Positions 33,802-43,685 of a stretch of 64,000 bases of DNA are shown here, one piece after another. The stretch comes from Hyphomicrobiales bacterium (GTDB lineage: Bacteria; Pseudomonadota; Alphaproteobacteria; Rhizobiales; NORP267): the NCBI GenBank assembly GCA_030688605.1, contig JAUYJB010000051.1:304-64303 (forward strand). The letters are read 5' to 3'. The notes beneath the pieces were generated by a model. The model worked only from the letters and a program-made list of their open reading frames with translations, did no database searches and had not been told where the DNA came from. Positions within the stretch are counted from its first letter, which is position 1. Every line of letters starts with the position of its first letter. Position numbers and translations under genes: made by a program.

Positions 33802-35766
33802 TTATCCGGACTTCGCGGCCATTGCCTTGACCAGAATGTCGGTCAACCGGTTGCAGAAGGCTGCGGCGTCGTGCGGCCCCTCGCCCTCGGCGATGCGCGC
33901 CTGGTCGAAAAGCATCCACACGGCGCTTTTCACCGGCTCGGCGTTGCCGCCGGCGGCGGCCGATTCGGCGAGCGCCGCGATCAGCGCGTGATCCGGGTTG
34001 ATCTCCAGCACCGGGGCCGACAGCGCCGCTTGGCCTGCATGGCGCGCCAAGAGCTTTTCGAGCTGGCGGTCCGGGCCGCCTGCGGGTGCCACCAGGCAGC
34101 AGGGGCTCGACGTCAGCCGCTGCGACAGGGCGACGTCGCTCACAGCGCTACCCAGCGTCTCCTTGACCATGGCGATCAGGGTCGCAAGCTTCGCCTTGCC
34201 GGGCTCCGCCTTCTTGTCCTTGCTCTCGTCTTTCGCCGCGCTCTCCTTAAGCGGGATGGCGTCCAGGTCGGCTGCGCCCTGGGTCACCGAGCGAAACGGC
34301 TTGCCGGCAAAGCCGAGTGCGGTGGCGGTCCAAAAGCTGTCGACCGGATCGCTCAACAGCAGCACCTCGATCCCGCGGGCGCGGAAACCTTCAAGCTGCG
34401 GGCTTGCCGCTAGCTGGTCGAGCGATTCGCCGGCGATGGTATAGATCGCCGTCTGGTTGTCCTTCAGATCGGCGACATAGTCCTTCAGGCTGCGCCAGCC
34501 CTCGGGCTTACGGGTGGTGCGGAAGCGGGTCAGCTCGTAAAGCTCGTCGCGGCGCTCGGCGTCCTCGTAAAGGCCTTCCTTGATGACAGCGCCGAAAGAC
34601 TCCCAGATCTTGATGAATTTCTCGGGCTCTGCCTCGGCAAGCCTGCCGAGCTCGCTCAAGACCCGGTTGGTCACCGCCTTGCGGATCTGTTCCACCAGCG
34701 GGTTGTTCTGCAGCATCTCGCGCGAGATGTTGAGCGGCATGTCCTCCGAATCGATGACGCCGCGGACAAAGCGCAGATAGGGGGCCAACAGCTCCGCCTG
34801 GTCGGTGATGTAGACCCGGCGCACATAGAGCCGCACCCGGCCGCGGCGCTCCGGGTCGAACAGATCGAAGGGGGGTGCGGAGGGAACGAACAGCAGCACC
34901 GCATATTCGTGCCTTCCTTCGGCGCGGTAGTGGATGGCCAGAGCCGGTTCGTCGAACTGGCCGCTGACATGGCCGTAGAATTCCTTGTACGCCTCGGGGC
35001 TCACCTGGCTCTTCGGCTTGCGCCACAGGGCGGACGCATCGGTCACGGCGCGAGCCTCGCCGGGCTTGCCCTCCTTGACCTCGACGAGCGAGATCGGAAC
35101 CGGCACGTGGCCGGAATAGGTCTTGATGACGCGCTCGATGCGGGGAACTTCGAGAAACTCGGCGGCATCCTCGGCAAGATGCAGCGTCACTCGGGTGCCG
35201 CGCCGGTGCATCCTGGCCCGTTCTCCGGTCACCGGTTCGACCGAAAAACTCTCGCCGCCCGCCGAAAGCCAGCGCCAAACCTCGCCGGAACCGGCCGCCC
35301 GGCTCACCACCTCGACTTCGCGGGCCACCATGAAGGCGGCATAGAAGCCGACGCCGAACTGGCCGATCAGGTTCCCGCCCTCTCCGGCGGCCGCGATCCT
35401 GTCGATGAAGGCGCGGGTCCCGGAGCGCGCGATGACGCCGAGATCAGCGACCAGCGCGTCATGGTCCATGCCGACGCCGTTATCCTCGACGCTCAACGTC
35501 TTGGCCGCCGGGTCGACAATGATGTTGATGCGAAAATGCGGCTCGTCCTCGGTGAGCTTCGGGTTTTGGATTGCCTCGTAACGCAGCCTGTCGCAGGCGT
35601 CGGCGGCATTGGAGATCAGTTCGCGCAGGAACACCTCGCGGTCGGAATAGACGGAATGAATCAGGAGCTGCAGAAGCCGCGCCGTCTCGGCCTTGAACGC
35701 GTGATTCTCCGCCTTTGCGACGGTCTTCGAAGATGCAGCCTTTGGTGATTTGCGTGGCTTGCTCAT
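33802..35766 (-). CDS. htpG: molecular chaperone HtpG (Hsp90)
   Basis: FKAETARLLQLLIHSVYSDREVFLRELISNAADACDRLRY...IGQFGVGFYAAFMVA is the canonical Hsp90 N-domain. The ATG at 35766 (MSKPRKS...) is preferred over the track start at 35913. Confidence 0.95.
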   Translation of the reverse strand: MSKPRKSPKAASSKTVAKAENHAFKAETARLLQLLIHSVYSDREVFLRELISNAADACDRLRYEAIQNPKLTEDEPHFRINIIVDPAAKTLSVEDNGVGMDHDALVADLGVIARSGTRAFIDRIAAAGEGGNLIGQFGVGFYAAFMVAREVEVVSRAAGSGEVWRWLSAGGESFSVEPVTGERARMHRRGTRVTLHLAEDAAEFLEVPRIERVIKTYSGHVPVPISLVEVKEGKPGEARAVTDASALWRKPKSQVSPEAYKEFYGHVSGQFDEPALAIHYRAEGRHEYAVLLFVPSAPPFDLFDPERRGRVRLYVRRVYITDQAELLAPYLRFVRGVIDSEDMPLNISREMLQNNPLVEQIRKAVTNRVLSELGRLAEAEPEKFIKIWESFGAVIKEGLYEDAERRDELYELTRFRTTRKPEGWRSLKDYVADLKDNQTAIYTIAGESLDQLAASPQLEGFRARGIEVLLLSDPVDSFWTATALGFAGKPFRSVTQGAADLDAIPLKESAAKDESKDKKAEPGKAKLATLIAMVKETLGSAVSDVALSQRLTSSPCCLVAPAGGPDRQLEKLLARHAGQAALSAPVLEINPDHALIAALAESAAAGGNAEPVKSAVWMLFDQARIAEGEGPHDAAAFCNRLTDILVKAMAAKSG

Positions 35767-35851
35767 GGGCGCTCGTGCATGGAAGAACGCCCTTGATATT
35801 GCCCACTGAAGGCGTGGTTTCAAGCCTGCGGAAGCCTGCGGAAATCGGCCG

Positions 35852-35881
35852 AAAAAAATCGGGCCGGCGAACCGACCCGAT
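35852..35881 (-). terminator. orphan intrinsic terminator on the minus strand, upstream of htpG
   Basis: The minus strand reads ATCGGGTCGG-TTCG-CCGGCCCGAT followed by T7. That is a 10-bp stem with one mismatch, a UUCG tetraloop and a U-run. No protein gene ends here. Confidence 0.55.
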
Positions 35882-36336
35882 TTGTACCCGATCTTTGATT
35901 TCTCAAAGGTCACTTGAAAACGGCGACCCGGTTCATCGGAGCAGCCCCGGGGGGCTTGGGGGGCTGAGAGTTCCGAGGCACTCCTCGAACCGGGTCACAG
36001 GGGCAACGGTCGAGACTATCGGGTGTGTTTTGGGCGTGCCAAAGGCCGAACTTGGGCGAAAATATGATTTCGTTGGGACAAGTTCGCGGCCCGAGGCCCG
36101 TTTACGGTTATCTTGCTAGGTCTGGATTGCGCCAAATCCTGCGGGGACGGGCCCCACTTTCCCGACCGCGGCGTCGCAGACGCCTTGTGGCGGGCCGGCA
36201 CCACGGCGGCGCCTGCTCCCGGCGGGCGGAAAAATTGGCTCCCGCCCGATCCGCAACATAGCTGTAAACAGGCCCTGGGGCTTGCAATCCGCGCAAACGC
36301 GGAGGAACATTGAGCCAGACGCGACAAGGAGGCGCC

Positions 36337-36717
36337 ATGAGCGAAACTGATCCAATAGTGCTTCCGCGCGGCATCGCCGCCAGGGCGAAAGCCGCGCACG
36401 GCCCGGTTCTTCCCGCCGGAAGAACCTCTTTCAGCAGGGGTGAACTGGACCAGATCCTGCAAGTTTACGGCCGTAAGGTCGCCGCCGGCGAATGGCGCGA
36501 TTATGCCATCGACATGCTGGGAGAGCGCGCCGTCTTTTCGGTGTTCCGCCGGGCCTGCGAGTTTCCGCTGTTCCGCATCGAGAAAAACCCGCGTCTGGCG
36601 CGCCGCCAGGGTGCCTACGCGGTGGTTGCCGCCTCCGGCGTCATCGTTCGGCGCGGCCACAGTCTGGAGAATGTCCTGAAGGTTCTGGACAGGCGGCTGC
36701 GCCTGGTCGAAGCCTAG
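36337..36717 (+). CDS. DUF2794 domain-containing protein
   Basis: AAGGAGG Shine-Dalgarno, then ATG at 36337. FSRGELDQILQVYGRKVAAGEWRDYAIDMLGERAVFSVFRR matches the conserved alphaproteobacterial DUF2794 family. Confidence 0.8.
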   Translation: MSETDPIVLPRGIAARAKAAHGPVLPAGRTSFSRGELDQILQVYGRKVAAGEWRDYAIDMLGERAVFSVFRRACEFPLFRIEKNPRLARRQGAYAVVAASGVIVRRGHSLENVLKVLDRRLRLVEA

Positions 36718-36734
36718 GCGCGAAGGCAGGCGGT

Positions 36735-37262
36735 TCAGTCGTCGGGCGGCGCCGAAGCGCCTTTGCCGAGCGGACGCTGCATGACGACGGAATCCAGCCA
36801 GCGGTCGAACTTGTAGCCGACGTCCCTGATCGTTCCCACCATTTCGAAGCCGAGCCCATGGTGCAGGTCGATCGAGGCTGAGTGGCGCGAATCGCCGATG
36901 ATGGCGATCATCTGGCGGAAGCCGCGCGCCGTGCAGGCCTCGATCAGCCTGAGGAGGAGGGCGCGGGCCAGCCCCAGCCGGCGCGCCCAGTCGGCGACAT
37001 AGACGGAATCCTCCACCGTATAGCGGTAGGCGGGACGTGGCCGGTATGGCCCGGCATAGGCGTAAGCTGCAAGCCTGCCAGATAATTCGGCCACGAGATA
37101 GGGATAGCCGCCGTGCACGAGCTGCGCGCGACGGCGCGCCATTTCGATTTCGTCAGGGGCGACCAGCTCGAAGGAGGCGGTACCGGATTCGACCGCGTCG
37201 CGGTAGATCGCCGTGATGTCCGCGATGTCCTCATCCACGCTGTCGCGAATGACCAGACTCAT
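36735..37262 (-). CDS. GNAT family N-acetyltransferase (phosphinothricin/YncA-like subgroup)
   Basis: IRDSVDEDIADITAIYRDAVESGTASFE...YRYTVEDSVYVADWARRLGLARALLLRLIEACTARGFRQMIAII...HHGLGFEMVG is the PAT/YncA-type pattern. Confidence 0.85.
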   Translation of the reverse strand: MSLVIRDSVDEDIADITAIYRDAVESGTASFELVAPDEIEMARRRAQLVHGGYPYLVAELSGRLAAYAYAGPYRPRPAYRYTVEDSVYVADWARRLGLARALLLRLIEACTARGFRQMIAIIGDSRHSASIDLHHGLGFEMVGTIRDVGYKFDRWLDSVVMQRPLGKGASAPPDD

Positions 37263-37316
37263 GCCCCTGCCCCAGCCGCCATCCCTTCAGCGCGCCGATC
37301 CTAGCGCCAAATGGCC

Positions 37317-37347
37317 AAAGACAAAGGCCCCGGCTCTCGCCGGGGCC
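37317..37347 (-). terminator. intrinsic terminator after the BI-1 family gene
   Basis: The minus strand reads GGCCCCGG-cgagag-CCGGGGCC followed by TTTGTCTTTGG. It lies 29 nt downstream of the stop at 37376. Confidence 0.55.
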
Positions 37348-37375
37348 CAAGGTCAATTGGTGCTGCGATTGACCC

Positions 37376-38107
37376 TTAGTTTCGGTTGCCGAACAGTTGC
37401 AGCAACATCAGGAACAGGTTGATGAAGTCGAGATAGAGCCTGAGCGCGCCCATGACCGCCTTGCGACCCGCGACCGTGCCGTCGTCGCCGACATAATACA
37501 TTTCTTTGATCTGCTGGGTGTCGTAGGCGGTAAGGCCGGCAAACACCAGGACGCCGATGACGGAGATGGCGAATTGCAGCGCCGAACTCACCAGGAACAG
37601 ATTGACCAGCATGGCGATGATGATGCCGATCAGCCCCATGAACAGGAACGAGCCCCAGCCGGACAGGTCCTTCTTGGTCGTATAGCCGTAAAGGCTCAGC
37701 GCGCCGTAAGTGGCGGCGGTGATGAAAAACACCCGGGTGATGCTGGTCGTCGTGTAGACGAGGAAGATCGACGACAGCGACAGGCCGACCATAGCCGCGT
37801 AGACCCAGAAGGTCGTCTGCGCCGCTGCGACGCTCATCCGGTTGATTCTGAAGCTCAGCAGGAAAACCATGGCCAGAGGCGCCAGGATGATCACCCAGCG
37901 CAGCGGGCTCACATAGATCAGCTCGGCGAAAGCCTGATTGTTGAGGGCGAGCGTGAACGTCCCCAGCGCCGCCACGCCGGTGAGCCCCAGGCCGATAGCC
38001 ATGTAATTGTAAACGCGCAGCATATAACCGCGCAGGCCTTCGTCGACGGCCTGAATCTCGCCGACGCGACCAGCAGCGCGCGCGTAATTTCTTTCAAACT
38101 CTGCCAT
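37376..38107 (-). CDS. Bax inhibitor-1/YccA family membrane protein
   Basis: 243-aa protein with seven hydrophobic segments. N-terminal DEGLRGYMLRVYNYM and C-terminal GALRLYLDFINLFLMLLQLFG are typical of the BI-1/UPF0005 family. Confidence 0.9.
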   Translation of the reverse strand: MAEFERNYARAAGRVGEIQAVDEGLRGYMLRVYNYMAIGLGLTGVAALGTFTLALNNQAFAELIYVSPLRWVIILAPLAMVFLLSFRINRMSVAAAQTTFWVYAAMVGLSLSSIFLVYTTTSITRVFFITAATYGALSLYGYTTKKDLSGWGSFLFMGLIGIIIAMLVNLFLVSSALQFAISVIGVLVFAGLTAYDTQQIKEMYYVGDDGTVAGRKAVMGALRLYLDFINLFLMLLQLFGNRN

Positions 38108-38234
38108 TTTTTCGGACCCTCGTTCGAAATTTCGTGACGAATCCGTTATCGTCGCCCCAATATGGGCATTTTGTCACCGCCGCACAAGGGTATGCGGTGC
38201 TGAGTGGCATTTGCCGGCCGAATTCCACCGAATC

Positions 38235-40817
38235 TCAAAGCGTCCGCAGGATTGGCGCCGGTTTGAGGCCGAGAACGCGCCAATTGGCAGCAAGGCCAAG
38301 GGCGATCAGCGCCAGGGTGGCGCCCGCCGCCGTGCCGATTGCCACGGTGGGGGCGAAAATGAAGCTCGCATGCATCACCTGGGTCAGCACCAGATAGGCG
38401 GCGGCCGTGCCGACGAAAACGGCAAAAATGGCGGTCGCAAGCGCCAGCAGCAGGAATTCGAGCGCGAAGGCGGCCATCAGCCGCCTGCGGGTGGCGCCGA
38501 AGGTTTTCAGGATCGCCGCCTCACGGATGCGCCCGCGCTGACCCGCGGCCAGCGCGCCGGCCAGCACGAGCACGCTGGCGACGATGGTGATGCTGCTGGC
38601 GCCGCGGACCGCCCACATGATCTGGCTGAGCAGCGCGCTCGCGGTATCGAGGGCTTCCTTGACGCCAATGATGGTGACGTGAGGAAAGGCGCGAGCGACC
38701 GCGCTCATCACTTCACCCTCGCGGTCGTTGCCCGGGGTTTCCGGCAGAGTCAGCGTCGACAGGATCATGTGAGGCGCTTCGGCGAACGTATTGGGCGAAA
38801 AGATCATGACGAAGTTGATGCCGAGAGATTGCCAGTCGACGGTGCGCAGATTGGCGAGTTTGGCGGTTACCTGACGGCCGAGCACGTTGACGGTGACCTC
38901 GTCGCCGGGCGCCAGGTCGAGCGCCCGGCCAAGCTCGGCGTCGAAGGAGACCTGCGGCTCGCCCCGATAGTCGGGCGGCCACCATTGGCCGACGACAAGC
39001 CGCGAGCCTTCCGGAATGGTGTCCGAATAGGTGATGCCGCGATCGCCGTTGAGCACCCAGCGGGCCTCCGGCGGCGGGTCGATATTTTCCGCCCGCACGC
39101 CGGCAAGCGAGATGATCCGCCCGCGCAGCATCGGCACGGTCTCGATGGTGCCGTCGGGCGCGATTGCGGCAAGTAGGCGGGTGAAGGCCGACGTTTCGTC
39201 GCGTTGCACGTCGACGAAGAAGAAGCTCGGCGCCTGCTCGGGGATCTCCGAGGTCAGCTCGCGGACCAGATTGCGGTCGATCAAGGCCAGCGCCACCAGC
39301 AGTGCAAGTCCCAGCCCCAGCGACAGGACGACGGAAGGCGTCAGCGCACCTGGCCGGTGGATGTTGCCGAGCGCAAGTCGCGCCTCTGCGCTTCCAAGCG
39401 CCGGTGCGCGGCGGGCGAGCGCCATGACCGCCAACGCGACCAGCCGCAACAGCACGATCGCGCCTGCCGCGACGGCGATATAGATGTGGGCAATGCGCGA
39501 TTCAGCGGCGGTGGCGACGGCGAGCAGGAGGAGCGCGCCGACAGCAACCGCGATGCCGACGAGATAGCGCGCGCGCGGCCATCGGCGCTCCGGGGCGACG
39601 AGGTCACGGAACAGGGCCGCCGGCGGCACGTCGCGGGCTGAGCCGAGCGGCCAAAGGGAAAAGGAGAGCGCCGTCAATAATCCGTAGACGGCCGCCAGCA
39701 GCAACGGCTCCAGATACAGACCCTCCACCAGCCTGAGCGGCACCAGCTTTGCGATCAGCGGCCCGCCGGCGAGCGGAAGGGCGGCGCCGAAGGCGAGGCC
39801 GATTCCGATGCCGGCGATGGCGATCAGGACGATCTCGATAAGATAGATGAGGAATATGGCGCCGGCCGGCGCCCCCAGACATTTGAGAATGGCGATGGTC
39901 TGGCGCTTGGACTCGAGATGGCCGCGCACCGCATTGGCGACGCCGACGCCGCCGACGATCAGGGCGGTCAGCCCGACCAGCGTCAGCACCTGGGTGAAGC
40001 GGTCAATGGACGTCTGCAACCTGGGCGAGGAATGGGCGCGGTCACGGATTTGCCAGCCCGCCGACGGCGCCGCCGCGGTCGCTTGCGCGACGAAGCGCTC
40101 AAGCGCGGTATCGCCGCGCTGGCCCTCGGGAAGGCGGACACGATAGTGCCAGTGGACAAGGCTGCCCGGTCGCAACAGACCTGTCTCGGCGAGCGCCGCG
40201 CTGTAAATCATCAGGCGCGGGCCGAAGGTAAGACCGGAGGACAGCCGGTCCGGCTCTTGCGTGATGACGGCGCGAATCTCCAGTGCAATGTCGCCGACAC
40301 TGATGCGTGCGCCCGGCGCCAGTTGAAGGCGCTCGAGAAGGGCAGGTTCGGCTGCAGCACCCCAGACGCCGTCGCGCCTGGCGAGCACGGAGGCAAGGTC
40401 CGCGCCGTCTCGAAGCCGGAAGTCGCCGTAAAGCGGATAGGCGCCGTCGACCGCCTTGATCTCGACCAGCGCCTGATCGGAGAGGTCGGGGACGCGCGCC
40501 ATGGCGCGCACCGTTGCGACCTCGTTGACGTCGCCGGAGCGGGCGAGGAAGGCCCGCTCTTCGGCGTTGGCGCGGCGATGGATGAGCTCCAGCGCGACGT
40601 CGCCGCCGAGGATCGCCTGCCCCTGGGAGGCCAAGCCCTCGGACAGGGACCGCGCCAGCGAGCCGACGCCGGCGATCGCCGCGACCCCGAGCGCCAAGCA
40701 GGCTAGAAACACGTAAAATCCGCGCAGTCCGCCGCGCAATTCGCGCAACGCCATGCGCCACGCCAGGCCGAATATGCGCGGGCGCCGTATCGGCTCCGGA
40801 GCGTCAAACGCGCGCAT
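38235..40817 (-). CDS. ABC transporter permease, FtsX-like double-domain (YbbP-like)
   Basis: 860-aa protein with two FtsX-type 4-TM modules and large extracytoplasmic loops. It overlaps the upstream ATPase gene by 14 nt, matching the ybbA-ybbP arrangement. Confidence 0.9.
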   Translation of the reverse strand: MRAFDAPEPIRRPRIFGLAWRMALRELRGGLRGFYVFLACLALGVAAIAGVGSLARSLSEGLASQGQAILGGDVALELIHRRANAEERAFLARSGDVNEVATVRAMARVPDLSDQALVEIKAVDGAYPLYGDFRLRDGADLASVLARRDGVWGAAAEPALLERLQLAPGARISVGDIALEIRAVITQEPDRLSSGLTFGPRLMIYSAALAETGLLRPGSLVHWHYRVRLPEGQRGDTALERFVAQATAAAPSAGWQIRDRAHSSPRLQTSIDRFTQVLTLVGLTALIVGGVGVANAVRGHLESKRQTIAILKCLGAPAGAIFLIYLIEIVLIAIAGIGIGLAFGAALPLAGGPLIAKLVPLRLVEGLYLEPLLLAAVYGLLTALSFSLWPLGSARDVPPAALFRDLVAPERRWPRARYLVGIAVAVGALLLLAVATAAESRIAHIYIAVAAGAIVLLRLVALAVMALARRAPALGSAEARLALGNIHRPGALTPSVVLSLGLGLALLVALALIDRNLVRELTSEIPEQAPSFFFVDVQRDETSAFTRLLAAIAPDGTIETVPMLRGRIISLAGVRAENIDPPPEARWVLNGDRGITYSDTIPEGSRLVVGQWWPPDYRGEPQVSFDAELGRALDLAPGDEVTVNVLGRQVTAKLANLRTVDWQSLGINFVMIFSPNTFAEAPHMILSTLTLPETPGNDREGEVMSAVARAFPHVTIIGVKEALDTASALLSQIMWAVRGASSITIVASVLVLAGALAAGQRGRIREAAILKTFGATRRRLMAAFALEFLLLALATAIFAVFVGTAAAYLVLTQVMHASFIFAPTVAIGTAAGATLALIALGLAANWRVLGLKPAPILRTL

Positions 40818-41496
40818 GGGTCTTCAGCGGGCGGACGCGCCCATCCGCCATCTCCATGACCCGATCGCACTGCCGGGTCAGGCTGGCATCGTGGGTGACC
40901 AGCAAGAAGGTCGCATCATGTTCGCGGCGCAGATCGAACATCAATTCGGTTATCAGCCGGCCGGTGTCGCCGTCGAGGTTGCCGGTCGGTTCGTCGGCGA
41001 GCAGGATCGCAGGCTCGGAAGCGAGCGCCCGGGCGAGCGCCACGCGCTGTTGCTCGCCGCCGGAAAGCTCGACCGGATAGTGGGCTTGTCGGTCGGATAG
41101 ACCGACCCTGGCAAGCATCGCCTCGGCGCGGGCGAATGCGTCGCGCGAGCCGGCGAATTCGAGCGGCACGGCCACGTTCTCCAGCGCCGTCATGTTGGCG
41201 ATGAGGTGGAAGGATTGAAAAACGATGCCTATATGACGGCCACGAAAAAGCGCAAGACGGTCCTCGTCGAGGTCGGTAATGTCCTGGCCGGCGATCCGCA
41301 CGCTGCCGCTATCGGGCCGCTCCAGACCGGCGATAACCGATAGCAGGGTGGACTTGCCCGAGCCGCTGGGACCGATCAGGCCGACCGCTTCGCCGGGCGC
41401 AAGCCGCATGTTGGTTCCGCGCAGAATATGCACCCGTCCCGCACCGCTGCCGAGGCTCAAATGCACATTCGCAAGATCGATCGCCGCCTCGGGCAC
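40804..41496 (-). CDS. ABC transporter ATP-binding protein (YbbA-like)
   Basis: Walker A GPSGSGKST, signature LSGGEQQRVALARAL and Walker B ILLADEPTGNLD. The start codon is GTG. Confidence 0.9.
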   Translation of the reverse strand: MPEAAIDLANVHLSLGSGAGRVHILRGTNMRLAPGEAVGLIGPSGSGKSTLLSVIAGLERPDSGSVRIAGQDITDLDEDRLALFRGRHIGIVFQSFHLIANMTALENVAVPLEFAGSRDAFARAEAMLARVGLSDRQAHYPVELSGGEQQRVALARALASEPAILLADEPTGNLDGDTGRLITELMFDLRREHDATFLLVTHDASLTRQCDRVMEMADGRVRPLKTHARV

Positions 41497-42258
41497 GTGA
41501 CAGGATACCCTCTATTGCGCCTGCCGCTGCCCGGTCGCGGCACGCGGCAACTGACCTCAGATAAGGCGGTTTGCGGCAATGTCCAGTCACATCGTCGCAG
41601 GTACCGCCTGGCACGGCCAGTCGCAATACTGGCGATGCTACTGGCCCTGCTTCTGATGGCGGTGGCGCAGGGAGCAAGTGCGCGCGCCGAGACGCTCAAA
41701 ATCCTCGCCTTCGGCGACAGCCTGACGACAGGGCTCGGCTTGGCCGGGGAAGAGGCCTTTCCGGCGCAGCTTCAGGCCGCCCTGCGGGCCAAGGGCCATG
41801 ACGTCCGGATCGTCGATGCCGGGGTGTCGGGAGATACCGCGGCAGCCGGACTTGCGCGCCTCGACTGGTCGCTCGGCGAAGGCGCCGACGGGGTCATTCT
41901 CGAACTCGGCGCCAACGATGCGTTGCGCGGCATCGATCCCGCCGCCACCCGCGCCGCACTCGAAAAGACAATTGCGCGACTGAAGGCGCGCGGCATCGAG
42001 ATTCTGCTCGCCGGGATGCGGGCGCCGCCTAATATGGGGCCGATCTACAGCGCCGCCTTCGATGCCGTCTACCCGGCGCTTGCGCAAGAGCACGGCCTAT
42101 TGCTGTATCCCTTCTTTCTTGACGGCGTGGCGGCGCGCGAGGAGCTCAATCAGTCGGACGGCATGCATCCGAACGCCGCCGGCGTCGCGGTCGTCGTTAA
42201 GCGTATTCTGCCCAAGGTCGAGGCACTGATCGCCCGCATCCGGGCCAACGGCTCATAG
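41497..42258 (+). CDS. SGNH/GDSL hydrolase, arylesterase / TesA-like
   Basis: Block I ILAFGDSLTTG, block III ELGANDALRG and block V DGMHPNAAG. It is divergent from the ybbA-like gene, as in the E. coli tesA-ybbAP arrangement. The start is uncertain (GTG 41497, TTG 41515 or ATG 41635). Confidence 0.8.
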   Translation: MTGYPLLRLPLPGRGTRQLTSDKAVCGNVQSHRRRYRLARPVAILAMLLALLLMAVAQGASARAETLKILAFGDSLTTGLGLAGEEAFPAQLQAALRAKGHDVRIVDAGVSGDTAAAGLARLDWSLGEGADGVILELGANDALRGIDPAATRAALEKTIARLKARGIEILLAGMRAPPNMGPIYSAAFDAVYPALAQEHGLLLYPFFLDGVAAREELNQSDGMHPNAAGVAVVVKRILPKVEALIARIRANGS

Positions 42259-42290
42259 GTCCGGTCCACGAATAAGGAGGGGAAGCCGTC

Positions 42291-42827
42291 ATGCCGCGCC
42301 TGTTCACCGGCATTGAGATACCGGACGAGATCGCCGACAGGCTGAGCGGGCTGCGCGGCGGCCTGCCTGGGGCCCGCTGGATCGACCCGGAGAATTACCA
42401 CATTACCCTGCGCTTTCTCGGCGACATCGACGTCGCCCGCGCCCACGACGTTGCGGACCTTCTCGCCCGCATCCGGCGGCGTGCCTTCACCCTTGCGGTC
42501 GACGGGCTCGGCACCTTCGGCGGCTCCAGGCCGCGGCAGGTCTGGGCGCGGGTGCCGGCGACGCCCGCGCTGATGGCGCTGCAGAGCGAGAACGAACAGC
42601 TCATGCAACGCGCCGGCCTGCCGCCGGAGACGCGCAAATTCACCCCGCACGTGACGTTGGCTCGGCTCAGAGACACCAAGAGTCGTTCGCTCGCCGAATA
42701 TTTGGAAAGCCGCAGCTTTCTGGGCACGCCGTTCGAAGTGACGCGCTTCGTATTGTTTTCTTCCCAGCCGTCGCGCGGCGGCGGCCCCTATATCGTCGAA
42801 CAGGCCTATCCGCTGTTTGGGGACTGA
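42291..42827 (+). CDS. thpR: RNA 2',3'-cyclic phosphodiesterase (2H phosphoesterase, ThpR/LigT)
   Basis: Two HxT/Sx motifs (NYHITLRFLG and TPHVTLARL) at the spacing typical of LigT/ThpR. 178 aa. Confidence 0.85.
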   Translation: MPRLFTGIEIPDEIADRLSGLRGGLPGARWIDPENYHITLRFLGDIDVARAHDVADLLARIRRRAFTLAVDGLGTFGGSRPRQVWARVPATPALMALQSENEQLMQRAGLPPETRKFTPHVTLARLRDTKSRSLAEYLESRSFLGTPFEVTRFVLFSSQPSRGGGPYIVEQAYPLFGD

Positions 42828-42887
42828 TTTTGCGGCACAATGTCTGATTGTGTTGAACGATCACGAAAAAGAGGGGGAGAGGAGAGG

Positions 42888-43178
42888 ATGACCGAGAGAC
42901 TGGAAGGCGCGGCGCGCAGGCAGGCGCTGGGCGCATTGAGCGGCTGGAGCGAGGTTGAGGGCCGCGACGCCATAACCAAGACGTTCACGTTTCAAGACTT
43001 CAACCAGGCATTCGGCTGGATGAGCCGGGTCGCGCTGGTGGCCGAAAAAATGGACCATCACCCGGAATGGCAGAACGTCTACCGTACGGTCGAGGTGACG
43101 CTTGCGACCCACAGCGCTGGCGGGGTGACGCAACGCGACATCGCGCTTGCCAAAGCCATGGACGAATTTGCGGCGTAA
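42888..43178 (+). CDS. phhB: 4a-hydroxytetrahydrobiopterin dehydratase (pterin-4-alpha-carbinolamine dehydratase)
   Basis: 96-aa MTERLEG...[39 protein letters not shown] is the PCD/DCoH signature. GGAGAGGA Shine-Dalgarno precedes the ATG at 42888. Confidence 0.9.
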   Translation: MTERLEGAARRQALGALSGWSEVEGRDAITKTFTFQDFNQAFGWMSRVALVAEKMDHHPEWQNVYRTVEVTLATHSAGGVTQRDIALAKAMDEFAA

Positions 43179-43226
43179 CCGCAGACTTGCGTCGAACAGC
43201 CATTGGTCCCATCTTGATCCTAAGCA

Positions 43227-43664
43227 ATGGCCATAGAGGACCAAACGATGACGACCGACCGGACGTTTGACCGGGATCTTGAGGAGAATGCGGAAAAGAC
43301 GCTGCTCGGCAGCGCCTTGCCGATGGTCGTGGCGCGCAACGAAGCGCGGGTGAAGCGGGATTTCTGGAGCAAGGTCAAGCGCTATCTCGGGCGCATTCCC
43401 TTCGCCGAGGATCTGCTCGCCGCCTATTACTGCGCCACCGACGGCGAGACGCCGATTCGGGCCAAAGGGCTCCTGTTCGCGGCGCTCGCCTATTTCATCC
43501 TGCCGACCGACTTCATTCCGGACTTTCTGGCCGGCCTCGGCTTTTCCGACGACGCCACCGTGCTGATGATGGCGGTGGCGATGATCCGCAGCCATATGAA
43601 ACCGGAGCATCGCCACGCCGCGCGCAAGGCGCTCGACGACCTCGAAAAGGACGCCGCGGCTTGA
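43227..43664 (+). CDS. YkvA/DUF1232 family membrane protein
   Basis: LLFAALAYFILPTDFIPDFLAGLGFSDDATVLMMA is the DUF1232 core motif. Confidence 0.75.
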   Translation: MAIEDQTMTTDRTFDRDLEENAEKTLLGSALPMVVARNEARVKRDFWSKVKRYLGRIPFAEDLLAAYYCATDGETPIRAKGLLFAALAYFILPTDFIPDFLAGLGFSDDATVLMMAVAMIRSHMKPEHRHAARKALDDLEKDAAA

Positions 43665-43685
43665 CGCAGGACAGGTCGCTACCGG

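Noticed and set aside
35795-35824. Heat-shock (RpoH) type promoter for htpG: CTTGAA ... CAATATC on the minus strand
   Set aside because: The -35-like CTTGAA is good, but the -10 region fits neither CCCCATNT nor the alphaproteobacterial CYTATNT at the right spacing. It is plausible but not supportable from sequence alone.
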